Shown here: positions 10,419-22,500 of the stretch, piece after piece
How positions within the stretch are numbered: position 1 is the stretch's first letter
Layout: every line of letters begins with the position of its first letter
Source of the DNA: Azolla caroliniana
Lineage: Eukaryota > Plantae > Polypodiophyta
Direction: 5' to 3'
DNA: 64,000 nt
NCBI GenBank assembly: GCA_043228905.1
Contig: JBHGNT010000020.1
Location: forward strand, 1,178,001 to 1,242,000
The notes under the pieces: model-generated
Told to the model about the DNA's origin: nothing
Seen by the model: the letters and a program-made list of their open reading frames with translations, nothing else
Database searches by the model: none
Translations under genes and position numbers: made by a program

Positions 10419-10720
10419 CTCACTTGCCGAGGAATTCTTCTAAAATTAAGAGTTTGGTTGATGCAGTCCTCGTTCGTAGACGAATCAACCCTTTCACTAT
10501 TTGCAACACCTTTACATTTTTCGATACCACGTGACTTATTGGCTCAGTCGAAAAAAGGGAGTTCGATGTTTGCCCAATATCATTGTTTGACTCTCGATGT
10601 TGGCACATTTTAACATTTAGATAGTTGTATTCCTCGATTGAGAATAACGAGTTATTAGATAATGTAAAAGGTTCTAGAGAAAATAGTGAATTTTTACTCG
10701 ACGTTGACGAGGATAGATTG
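10419..10720 (-). pseudogene. 5' remnant of the Sola-like transposase gene
   Basis: Other side of TSD CTCAC. ORF 10420-10608 (-) points toward the 4735 junction. Upstream limit approximate. Confidence 0.5.
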
Positions 10721-10935
10721 GATCAAATGAGCGAAAAGTAGTAAAATTTCTTTCTAATAAGTGAGATATAAAAATATTTTTTTAATATTTATTTTTTTAA
10801 AATAAATACTATATAAAGGAAAGTCATATTCTTAGTGTCATTATCGTGTTGAAGTTGTTGAAGAGCTCAAGAGCACAAGCATTCTTGTGGTCTCAGTATT
10901 TGCCATCTCGAACACCTCAAAGCAACTCAGGCACG

Positions 10936-13500
10936 ATGAACAAGGGAAAGAAAGTTGCCAGGTATCTTTTTTCACACGATTTAAAAGATTCCCTAAAGAT
11001 TCCCTAAAGATGCTTTTATATTATTAATTAGTTTTAATCTAATTGTCAAACAATAGTATATAGGAATTTGATGCAGTGCATCAAATTCCTGTTGAAAACA
11101 CAAGGAATTGTATTGTATAAACTAACAAGTATATTCATAAAAAAGGGAATAATATGCACCTATGGGCAATTTTAGGGTTTTCCAACCTAATTGTAGCCTA
11201 TAATTAAACATTTCGTTTCTTTACCATTCTAATCCAAAAATATTTATTCTTTTTTAGTGAACCTCTCCCAAAACTCCACGCCTTCAAGATTAAGATCAAG
11301 TCTCCTACGAAAAGGGGTTCTAATAGCTTCCTTCAAGACAAATCTTGTAGGCCGCTTTTCAAGTCTGGCAATGACGGGACGTCGAAATCATCTGTGGGAA
11401 ATACCAGCAAAATGATTGAAACCAAACAAGTGGACCCGAAACTAAAGAATCACGTAAACCTAGAATGGAGTTTGGTTTACGTCGAGGAAGATGGAGTTTG
11501 CGCCTAATATTTGCAAACGCCGAAGGAAGGGGGAAAATGGACTGAAGCAAAAGCTTCACATACGGTCAACTTCGGAATGTTGAGTACAAAGACAGTGGCT
11601 CGACTAATCTCCTCCTTGATGTAGAAATCTCGAGTGGAATTACACAAGTACTTGTTGATGAAGTCAACTTGGTGGGTGAATGTCATACCCCCAAAATGTT
11701 GTGGAAGGACATACAAATGAAGAACAACCTAATTGTTGCTCTTCGTCCTTATGTTACTGGGGAGCTAATGGTTAGAGAAGTAGAGACACCTCCAAAAAAG
11801 TCTCAGAAGTCAAGTCCTGAACAAAAAATATATAAAAAATGACAAAAACGTGATGAAGAGTTTGTAGAGGAGGAAGACGAGGAGGAACACCAAATTGAAG
11901 TTGTTGCTCCAGGAGGCCAAATATCATCCGACATATTAACGTCAGAGAAAAATTGTATTAGAGAGAACAATGCAAAGACTAAACTGATACGAAAAGGCCA
12001 ACTTTTTCATCTGCCTATTAGTTCAATTCAAAGGCCGCTAGTAGATTTTGTGACAGGCAGATGTCCATTAGAAATTCGAGAGCCACATTCTGTGCATGTG
12101 CAAAACCTTAAGAGAAAAATGAAGATTAATCTGCATGCCACATTAGTACTATTCCTTGTAATGGTTTATCCTGACCAATGCCCCACCACTGTTGATTTCA
12201 AGTATAGTTCAATTGATGACTATACTTACTACGTTATTCGAGGATCACATTCGGCCGAAGCCCAAAGACAACTTGTGAAAGAATATCGTCTGATCCCCTT
12301 CTTCAAGTATGCAAAATGCAAAGTCTACGCCGGTTTGACACATGAAGAGACCAAGTTATTAACTTGGGATCACAATAATGATAATGATTATAGACAGAAT
12401 ATGTCTTGTATCGAGTGTATCAGATTTTTTCACCATGAGTACCTCGATGTATTGCAAAGATTTGGTCCCATGTTACATCAACAATGTTTGCTAGATGTGG
12501 GCATAGCTGTTAATGAAAGCACGAGGTCAGAAGGATTGAGGAAATATGACTCGTGGTTTCAACTAGCCTTTAGAATAGGGGAGGTTTGGGATTTGCAAGA
12601 CAAAATATTTAACATGTGGGAGCGGAAAGAGGTGAAAGGACAACGGTCAAAGAAGGCCAAACTCAATCCACAAGTGGAAATAAAGTCAAAGTCACGTAAA
12701 AGTGATTTGATTATCGAGGAGCTCCCGAAAGATATGAAGCTGCTCCCTTGGCGATCTTTACAAGGAATTAAAGACGAGAGATTACTAATTTTAGTACTTT
12801 CACGAGTAGTTGCCCAAGAGTTTTAGCTTGGACGAGATAGTTACTGAATTTCATATTCATAGGTTCATCTTTGATTGGTTTCTTGTTTTCTTATAAAGAT
12901 TGACCCTTAATTTTTTTGGTTGTTATAGCCATAAATTCTACATGAAGATCCAATAGCTAATGATGAAGAAATTGTCTTTGCCAACATGGACGAAAGTCGA
13001 ACATGCATGCCCAATGACATCATCATATAAGGCCTTGGAAGAATTTTTTATTATGTTTAGAGAATGGGTAAGTGTCTTCATACTTTTACTTAAATTTTTT
13101 TATCGTGGCCTAGCCCTAACCAAATTGTGAATTGCAGAAACCTCCTCGCTCCAAAAAAGTTGGAGACACTGATGAAGGTATACCAAGCTCGTTTATTACA
13201 CATTTGGAACGAACAAAGTATGAAAAAGAATGACAAAAGGAAAGGAGATGGAAGTGCCTGAAGATTCAGAGACAGTGAAAAACTTTCTGCACAGATCCGA
13301 CCCTTTTTGACAACTGCATTACAATGTGCTCAATGGGAAAGTGGGTAATATGCTAGATATATTACTCAAGAGGCACTATACTTTACTTATCGCTAACATT
13401 CCATATAGATTCCGGATCACGGGATCCATGTACAATGATGTGCCATACAAATATCCCCAGATAGAGAAAATGGTGAAATACTTTGCTGAGTTGATCCTTG
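10936..13500 (+). pseudogene. Degenerate intron-containing gene with a ParB/Srx-like domain and a putative amino-methyltransferase motif IV; 3'-truncated
   Basis: FHLPISSIQRP..IREP..HVQNLKRKM..YYVIRGSHSAEAQRQL..CKVYAGLT.EE..LL..DHN is ParB-like. YTLLIANIPY (NIPY at 13395-13406) is DPPY-like. Candidate introns 12863-12928 and 13068-13137; candidate first exon 10936-10961. Confidence 0.55.
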
Positions 13501-14585
13501 CACCCATCAACATTATTTCGTCACGTATTGTGGCATTGGTGCATTACATTGACCCACCCGGAAGGGACACAAATTACATGAGACACCAAATCTTCACCTA
13601 TTGCGAGAGTTAGTGTGATGAAACCCACTACCATAAACTTTGCGGTTGTAGACCATTAAAATTACATGATGTTAAGCTCGAACCAAGAGCATGTGGGTAT
13701 TAAACTATAATTAGGTCGGAAACCATAGATTCATATATTATGGATGCTAAGTACTATTAATAGAGGCATGGTTAATTCAATCGAAAAAGTTGGAAATAAG
13801 ATTCACACAATTTCTTAATTAGCAGCAAACCAACATTACCTTCTCCTATCTTGTCCAACGCTTCATTGATGTACTTCATCTGCTTTCTCTTGAAATGCTA
13901 TCAACATATAATAAATTTCATATAAGGGTTAGAAATGACCACAAATCGAAATGCAGAACCCGCGGGTAGTAATGCACTACACATTAATCTTTCAATGAAT
14001 GGCTTAATTCTCCAATGACATTGAGGTTGACAGAGCAACAAATGAATCCTTGCCACATCGGCTATTATATAAGCAACGATGAAATTAGCTCATTATAGAA
14101 TGATTATTGGCCTCTCGTGACCACCTAAGAACCATCCTTTAGCAATTAAGGGAACCGACATGACATATTGTTTCCCACTTTTAGGTCACCACAATCAACC
14201 TACCATAATCATTTGACCAATTGTCCATGGGCCCTCATTTTAATACCTACACAAGACACCATCATGGAGTAGTGGGTTATCCAAAGATACTATTGTGCAA
14301 TGAAGACACAAACATGAAAAGACACCTCTTTATGGAAGGACACATTTGTGATTAGTGCCAACATGGCTTAAGGCCAAATTTTGTATAGACACTCTTCATA
14401 AGTGTTACAATCATTATTACACTTAATACAATTAAATCATTTAGTCATTCCTTGTATGCTCATATCTTGTGTTCTTCTATTATCACATGGTATCACATAG
14501 ATGTTGGAAACCATGAAGATTGCATACCAATTCCTTGGTCCTCTCGATCCGAACTATGAGACTAAGTCACAAAATCTCTCTTTAT

Positions 14586-14603
14586 CACACATACACACAC
14601 GCG

Positions 14604-14634
<31 letters not shown>
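14586..14634. repeat. (AC)n(GC)n(AC)n compound microsatellite
   Basis: Alternating purine-pyrimidine tract. Confidence 0.85.
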
Positions 14635-15046
14635 AAATCAGAAATTCAATGGCCAACCCAACACCAACAATTACATCACACGGTACTCTACTGACAACGC
14701 TACCACGAAGGCAATATTGACCACAATGGCATCCCAATAAGTTCGCCTCGACAAAGTAAATGGTACAAACTATCGTACTTGGAGAATAAAAATGAAGAGT
14801 TGTCTCAAAAGATTAGATCTTTGGGATATCGTTGAAGACTTAGAAAAATATCCTTGTGCTAATGACAATTTTGCAAATCATGCACGGAGAAAAAAAGACT
14901 TTGAAGCACAATCGGAGATTATACTCAATGTTACAAACAAACAACTTCATATGGTGGAAAATCAACAATTAGTAAAGCAATGTGGGAATTTCCAAAGATG
15001 AAATATTCACATACCAACAAGCTACCAAATTGGGTAACTATTCTCA

Positions 15047-15566
15047 AGAAACTCACTTCTCTAACATTAAAAGAAAATGAAGGCGTGGAGACATTCCTCG
15101 ACACGTGGAAGACACAATTGGATGAAGTTATACTCTTTGGAGTAAACCTTGACAATAAAGTCCAAGTCATGCTACTACTTGCCACACTTTCGTCAACATG
15201 GAAACCATTCCTCACCATTCAATCAACGGTAACTTATTGTTAATAATTAGGTAAGTAATTAAGTATGGGTTAATTAGTGCCTAATTATGTGATTAAGTTA
15301 AGCGGAAGAAACTCACTTCTCTAACATTAAAAGAAAATGAGGGCATGGAGACATTCCTCGACACGTGGAAGACACAATTGGATGAAGTTATACTCTTCGT
15401 GTAAACCTTGACAATAAAGTCCAAGTCATGCTACTACTTGCCACACTTTCGTCAACATGGAAACCATTCCTCACCATTCAATCAACGGTAACTTATTGTT
15501 AATAATTAGGTAAGTGATTAAGTATGGGTTAATTAGTGCCTAATTATGTGATTAAGTTAAGTGGAA
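15047..15566. repeat. ~260-bp tandem duplication spanning a solo-LTR junction
   Basis: 15047-15306 is repeated at ~15307-15566; each copy includes the LTR end. AAGA microhomology at the join. Confidence 0.85.
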
Positions 15567-15937
15567 GATTATGTGATATGTGTGTATGTGTGTGAGAGGA
15601 AGAGAGAGAGAGAGAGATACACTTATGAACAACACAAGATGGGGGATGAGTAACTATATTAAATTAGCATTATAATCATCAAATACAAAAATACCCACAA
15701 TGAGGTATATATACATCTCATGTGCAAGGGTGCATATGTGTGAGTTGAATATAGGTACTAAGGTGTAAGTCCTATATTAAATGTACTTAGGAGTGGAGGA
15801 TCTAGAATATCCCACTTAAGTACAAGGTCCTATTTAAGGCGTTATAGTCAACACTTCTAACTAGATTCTATCTAGCTAACTACGACGTTATATGGTTGAC
15901 GAACTAACTAAACTAAGTTGAGCTTGATCTCTCAACA
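15497..15937 (-). mobile_element. Solo LTR (same copia family as the LTR at 48578)
   Basis: TGTTAA..TCAACA with TSD CTTAT at 15492-15496 and 15938-15942. Confidence 0.9.
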
Positions 15938-17290
15938 CTTATCAAACACTAGATCAACTTTTCAATAAAATCCAACACGAAAACCCTATGAGAATACACT
16001 AAGAGTCAATCTCTCACCCTTCATCAATAACAATGGCAACTAATCTACATACAAAACACCATGAAAACCCATTTCACAGTTACAATCATCACCACACATC
16101 TTATCACCAAAAATCACATCCAAGCAACAAAATGTACCATCAAGGTTTATCACACCAATCCAACAACTACAAGCCTTGCACCAAGAAGTGCAACTATTGC
16201 CACTTCTTTGGGCACACTGAAAACAAATCTCGAAACAAACAATATCATCAATGACATGGCGGAAAAGCAAACTTAACAACACTCGAAGAACAAGGCGTTG
16301 CTCCGCTACATTGTTCCGCACTCGAATGGGCTTCAACGACCACACCATCGACAACAACTAGTATTTGAGACTAGACCAACTCATCACATGACGTTTGATC
16401 GATCAACGCTTACTGACTACAATCAACTACAAAACAAAATGGATGTTGGACTTGGAGACAACAACCTACAATATGTTGTTGGAATTGGTAATCTATCTTT
16501 TCCCTTACCCAACGACAAAAAAATGCATCATTCCCTAAGTATATTATGTATTGGGTCTAGTAAATAACCTTTTATCAATTAATCAAATCACAAAAATAGG
16601 CGTACAACTCAGATTCTCTCAAAACCAATGGATCATGAAACTACCTACTTCAAATGGTCACTCACACACCATCCGTTGTAATCAAATTGCAAACCTATAT
16701 CCTCTAGGTCTGACATCAGTTGCTGCTGCCAATACTCATACACTAGAAAACTCAAGAACAACCATCACCACGAAATGACATTGCCGCCTAGGTCATCCTC
16801 ACTATCAAGCCATGAACAACATTAAAAAATTCCACTTACTCGAATGTCTTAAGGATAAATTTCATATCCTAGAACCATGTACAGGTTGCATACTTAGTAA
16901 AATGAAACGAACACATTTTCCAACATCAAACACTGACACAAAACAACCTCTTTAACTAATTCATAGTGACTTTATGTGAACCTATGCAAACCACATCCAT
17001 CAAAGGTTCTAGATATTTTTTACCTTCATAGATGATCATACAAAATTGACCATGGTTTCATTACTAAAAGAAAAAATCCAACCAGAATTTTCTTGCTTCT
17101 CATGATCCTAACCGAAATATCAAAGTTTTAACCGGCCACTTTCCTACGAGTGATGATGTCAACTAGAACGTGTTGAAAACAAAATAGCACATACCAAATC
17201 AAATCAATTGTAGAATTATGGATCCGAAACCACAACAACAATGTGATATCAAGGAAAAAACATGAGAAAATGAAGATGAAAATTAAACAT

Positions 17291-17747
17291 TGTTAATAAT
17301 TAGGTAATTAACTAGGGTTAATTAGGGTCTAATTATGCAAGTATTGATAAAGAAGCGGAAGATTATGTGATTTGTGTGTGAGAGGAAGAGAGAGAGGAAG
17401 ATACACTTATGAACAATAATACAAATGGGGGATGATTAACAAGAGTGTAGCTAAAGACCGTTCTCGATATTAATAAGCATCAAGTTATAAAAATACCCAC
17501 AATGAGGTATATATACAACTCATGTGCAAGGGTGCACATGCGTGAGTAGAATATAGGTACAATGACGTAAGTCCTATATTAAATGAACTTGGTAGTGGAG
17601 GATCTAGAATGTATCCCCACTTACGTACAAGTACAATACCTATTTAAGGGTTTAAAGGTCAACACACTAACTAGATTCTATCTAGGTAACTACTAAGTTA
17701 CGTGGTTAACTAAATGACTAAATTAAGTTGAGCTTGATATCTCAACA
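17291..17747 (-). mobile_element. Solo LTR, same family
   Basis: TGTTAA..TCAACA with TSD AACAT at 17286-17290 and 17748-17752. Confidence 0.9.
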
Positions 17748-18469
17748 AACATGAAGAAATATGTTTGAAAGAAAATCATATTTAGGCATAAGATAAGCAA
17801 TAATTGAACTAGTTATATGAGTCAACTTAGCACTCTACAAATTCCTGGAGAAATGGGAGAGCTCTTAGATCTACCTATTTTTCGATCTTGGGGTTGGGGG
17901 AGGGGTAGAACTTCCTAATTGCCTTCGAAAGGCAGTACATAGTAAATTACATGGGAAACTCCTTCAACAATTTGATTGGTTTTTCGTACAGTTTCATGGG
18001 TATTTGTCACGGACACACCATGGACACAATATCAAGTCAAGTTTTACACACCCCATCATAAATCGTCCCAAACCCTAGTAAAAGACAATCTCACATTACT
18101 TGCTCCTAAGTGGTTTTTTTCTTCAAATGACTTTTTGAGATGATGTGTTGGTTTTGTTTGTACTAATTCTCCACGAAACATTCTTCACATAAAAGGAGAT
18201 CGTATAAAGAGAGCTCAAAATATTTGTGGCATCTCTTAAACATTGTGAAATGTCCATTCGTATAATTTATTATTGGTGAAAGAATGAAATGAATTATTAA
18301 ACATTGATTACTTATTTGTCCAAAAAAACATCTTCTTCATTAGTAGAACTTCTACATCCATGACAAAATGATTACACTAACAACATTATAATGGTTGTAG
18401 CCGTGGTACACCAATAAAAACTACAAAGAGTCAAGAGTATAAAAATACAAAGAACGGTGAACACCTACA

Positions 18470-18800
18470 AGAATGTTCTTTCCATCACCTGTAATCATTG
18501 GCTTAAACACTGAACTATAGTGAAAACATTGTCGGAGACTATCTTTCGAAATGGCAGCATCTGCAATAGTTCACGCACTTTCTATAAGAGTCCACTCGTA
18601 TAATATAGATCAAACAATGCATTGCCAACAACCTGGTTTCTCTTCAACCTGCCCATCTCCTCAATCTTTACATGCATTTCTCTGCCCTTTTCTAATGCTC
18701 CAATGTTAGTGGCAGCTTTAGCTTTTATAGTACCTACAACTGTGACAAAAGATTCAACCTGGTTTTGAATTGGAAGCATATCTTGTAATGAGAACATTGC
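18470..18800 (-). pseudogene. PPR (PLS-class) gene fragment
   Basis: IGALEKGREMHVKIEEMG.LKRNQVVGNALFDLYYTSGLL*KVRELLQMLP.R.IVS matches decayed L/S PPR motifs. Confidence 0.7.
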
Positions 18801-19471
18801 ACTAGACTATCTTTCGAATGGGAAGAATAAAAAACAGTTCATGTATGTGACTTCATCTCCAGAATTTTGTTGAAGTTGCATCTTCTTGACTTGATCAACG
18901 TGTCCTCACGTTGCTCCTCTTTTCTAAGGAGCAACATTGATTACTTATTTCTGAGGAAGGTTCACAGTAGGAAGAACAACTCAAGATATATACATCAGAT
19001 TAACATGGGATACAATGTTGTGATTAAAGATGTAGACAACATAATGTGGTTTTTAATTTAGTTTTTTAAAACTACCTTTTCATTTTAAAGCCTAATTCTC
19101 ACATTTTAGGAAAAATCTTTAAAATTAGAAATAATAAAGAATTTAAAATTTTAAAATTTTAAAATTGAATTTTGACCTAAGTCGAAAATCGAAACCAAAC
19201 CACGAAACCATGGTTTTTGTGGATGGTTTAACAATTTGGAATTTTACCTAACGGTTCAATTTAAATGGTTTTGGTTTCAATGTTTTCGTGGTTCAATTTG
19301 GTTCCGGTTTCAAAACAATTTAACGGTTCGGTTTGGACACTTTGGAACTGAACCGTTGCCAATTGTTAATTGTACTTGAGGAATATAGACAAAATTATTG
19401 AAAGGATTTTACTTGAGGAATATGGACACAATGATTCCATCAAATCTGTAGGCTAGAGTCTAAGACAGGTA

Positions 19472-19529
19472 ATACCTTTCTTGGCCTTTTGGCTAATATC
19501 AAAAGTAGTATATGTTCTTATCACTTTAA
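19472..19529 (+). pseudogene. U2: 3'-truncated U2 snRNA pseudogene
   Basis: Matches plant U2 nt 1-58 (ATACCTTTCTCGGCCTTTTGGCTAAGATCAAGTGTAGTATCTGTTCTTATCAGTTTAA) with about 6 mismatches. Flanked by AAGACAGGT and AAGACATGT. Confidence 0.85.
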
Positions 19530-19599
19530 AAGACATGTCATGTGGTGTAAAATAATGAGCAATGCAACAACCTCTAGGAACTTGAAACTTTGATTAATT

Positions 19600-22500
19600 G
19601 TTTGACTTGTTGGCTGGTTAGGCCAAAGTATGAAAGGGGAGCCGGTTTTGGGATAAAGGGAGTTGTAATTAGAATTAATTATGATAATTATAAGATTAGA
19701 CAGACGGACCCGGAATCGGACCGGTTTGTAGCCGATTGTCGGTTGGCACCAGATTGTAACACAACCAGATACCTATAAAAGGATCTGGATATGATGTAAC
19801 CAGAGAAGAATAATTAATAGATAAATGTTGTTATTTTCATATCTTGTTTATCTTGTCATTTCTGTTCTGTGCTTAATAACGTTGATCCTTCGTGTGTAAC
19901 TAATCGATCCGGATAACAATCGGAGAGGATCTATTCTGTGTTATGGTCTTTCCATTCCTTATCGTACCACCCCTTTGGTGAAGTGTTCCGGAAGGACACC
20001 CTGTGTTAGTGGCTTGTCCAGCCCAGGATTAACACAGTTTTTGCCTAGAAAAATGCAGAGGTTATCGACTAAGTCTGAATCCAGTGAAATGCGTATTCGG
20101 GGTAACTAGCAACATGCTACTAGGCCATATCGTCAACCGCCAAAACTTTAAGCCAATTTTTAGGACAGATCCAGTGGCATAGTTGGATGCTCCGATACTT
20201 GGCCGACCTTGCGACACCACTACATGCAACCGTACACCAGACACCCTTCCAATGGACGGAATTGGAGGATAGAGCATACCATGTGCTCAAAGTAATGCTA
20301 TCCCAGGCACTAATGGTACAACCCCTGGATTGATCGAAGGAATTTCATGTGTTTGTGGATGCATCTGATATTGCGATTGGCAGTGTTCTTATGCAGCTTA
20401 CCAAACCGAAGTGGTACCGACCAATTTACTACGCCAGTCGGAAGCTCTCCCAAGTGGAACAGAACTATTCGACAACGGAAAGGGAAGCCTTGGGAATGGT
20501 ATACAGTATAACGAAGTACCATCATTACTTGCTGGGACGGAAATTCTCATTCCATGTGGATCATTCAGCATTGTTGTACTTGGTCTCCAAATCATCGTTA
20601 ACCGGCAAACTAGCACGATGGACGCTGCTTCTACAGGAGTTCGAATTTGAAATCTACCACAGACCGGGAGTACAACATGCAGTAGCGGATTACTTGAGCC
20701 GGTTAGAATCCGGAGAGGCAGGCAACGGAGTCCGAGACGAACTACTGGACAAGCAGCTATTTAGGGTGACAACAGAAAACACGGTGGACGGGACGATCGT
20801 CGAGGATGACAAATGGCTGACGAATATGCATGACTTCCTCAACTCTGAACTGCCTTCGAAAGAGTTAAACCGAGACGAGCGGAAACGGTTGGCGGTACAA
20901 AGCCGACACTTTTGTTTATTGCGGGATACGTTGTACCACAAGGGAGCGGATGGTATATGGCGAAGAGCGGTCCGGAGCGATGAAAAGGACACAATTTTAC
21001 GGGAAGCTCATTGTGGAGTCGCCGGAGGACATTATACTGGAGACGCAACGGCAAGGAAGATATGGTGAAGCAGATTATGGTGGCCTACAACACTGAAGGA
21101 ATCGATGCGGTATGCAAAGGAATGTGACTTATGTCAACGAATGGGCCAACCGACAGAGCAAGCGAGGATGCCGCATCAGCCGGTGTTACCACTAGAGCCA
21201 TTTCAAAAATGGGGATTGGACTTCGTCGGACCCTTCAAGCCTCCGGCAATGAGGACCGGAAACCGGTATATTATTGTTGCAATGGACTACTGCGCAAAGT
21301 GGGTTGAAGCAAAGGCACTCCGGGACAATACCGTGGCATCAACGACCAAGTTCCTACATGAGTACATCTGGTGCTGGTACGAATGTTTGATCGAACTGAT
21401 CAATGATCAAGGTGGACACTTCCTTGGACAAGTGGTGGAGAGCTTAACGTCATTTTATGCAGTGGTGCACAAGCGGAGTACACCATATTATCCGCAGGCC
21501 AACGGGTTGGCCGAATCGACCAACAAGACGTTGCAGAACATCCTTCGGAAAATAGTCAATGAAAACCGAACCGACTGGGACACGAAACTACAGAGTGCGC
21601 TATGGGCTTGCCGAATTGCTTACAAGACGAGTATTTGGACAACACCATTCCGGTTAGGTTTCGGATTGGAAGCGGTAATGCCGATGGAGTTTCAAATTCC
21701 GAGTTTGCGGATTCAAGTCTGGGAAAAGTTAAGTGAGAAAGAATCGGAAAAAATCCGGCTAGCGACATTGCGTGAACTTGAAGAGCACCAAATAGCTAGC
21801 GTTCTGCAGTTAGAGCTCGAGCAACGACAACGGAAAGCATTCGTCGACCGACACCGGAAGGGAATGAGAAAATGTTTGGAATTGGCAAGCCGGTTCTGGT
21901 ATTTCAGACCCGGATGGGCAAGATGCCGGGAAAGTTATGGTTCCAGTGGACCGAACCGTACTGGATAACACGTGAGTTCAAAGGGTCGTATCAGCTAGGA
22001 ACGCTGGTCGGCGAAATCTTGGAGAAGTGGGTAAACAATTTCCGACTGAAACCGTATTACGAACCAATGCTGCGAAACCCGTTCAAACAACTGGAGGACG
22101 GAGCAGGAACCGGAAGCGGTATTTGGATAGCCGGCAACCAAGAGGAACCTACCACGGATCGGTGTTGCCAGATACGATGGAAAAGGAATAACACGTGTTT
22201 CAAAAAAAAAAAAAAAACCATCATGTAAGGGCGAGAAGTAAATATGTGGCGAATGCATGAGAGAGAAAAGAGTGGGTAGTAAAAACGAACGGACACCACA
22301 AAGCGGTGTGACGTCAGGCATTTAAAGTGCACCACGCGGCATACAACTTCCATAATAGTACACGATGTGCATGCGCGGGAATCAAGAAAAGGTGGCAAAG
22401 ATGAGAACAGAAAACGTCCGCGTTACAGAGTCTCTCATTTCGCGAACACAGAGCCCTTAACACACAAAAATGGATACAGTTGATCACGCGAACGCAAGAA

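Larger units (their letters stand above)
13614..17078 (+). mobile_element. Old Ty1/copia remnant (putative 5' LTR 13614-14487; gag-PR-IN; 3'-truncated)
   Basis: TGTGAT..ATCACA then Met-i-like PBS TGGTATCA at 14488. NGTNYRTWRIKMK..DLWDIV, CNYCHFFGH, THHMT, HCRLGHP, IHSD, TFIDD. LTR start is tentative. Confidence 0.75.

Noticed and set aside
19190-19360. MITE end (AAACC/GGTTT-rich tract)
   Set aside because: No definable TIR pair or TSD.
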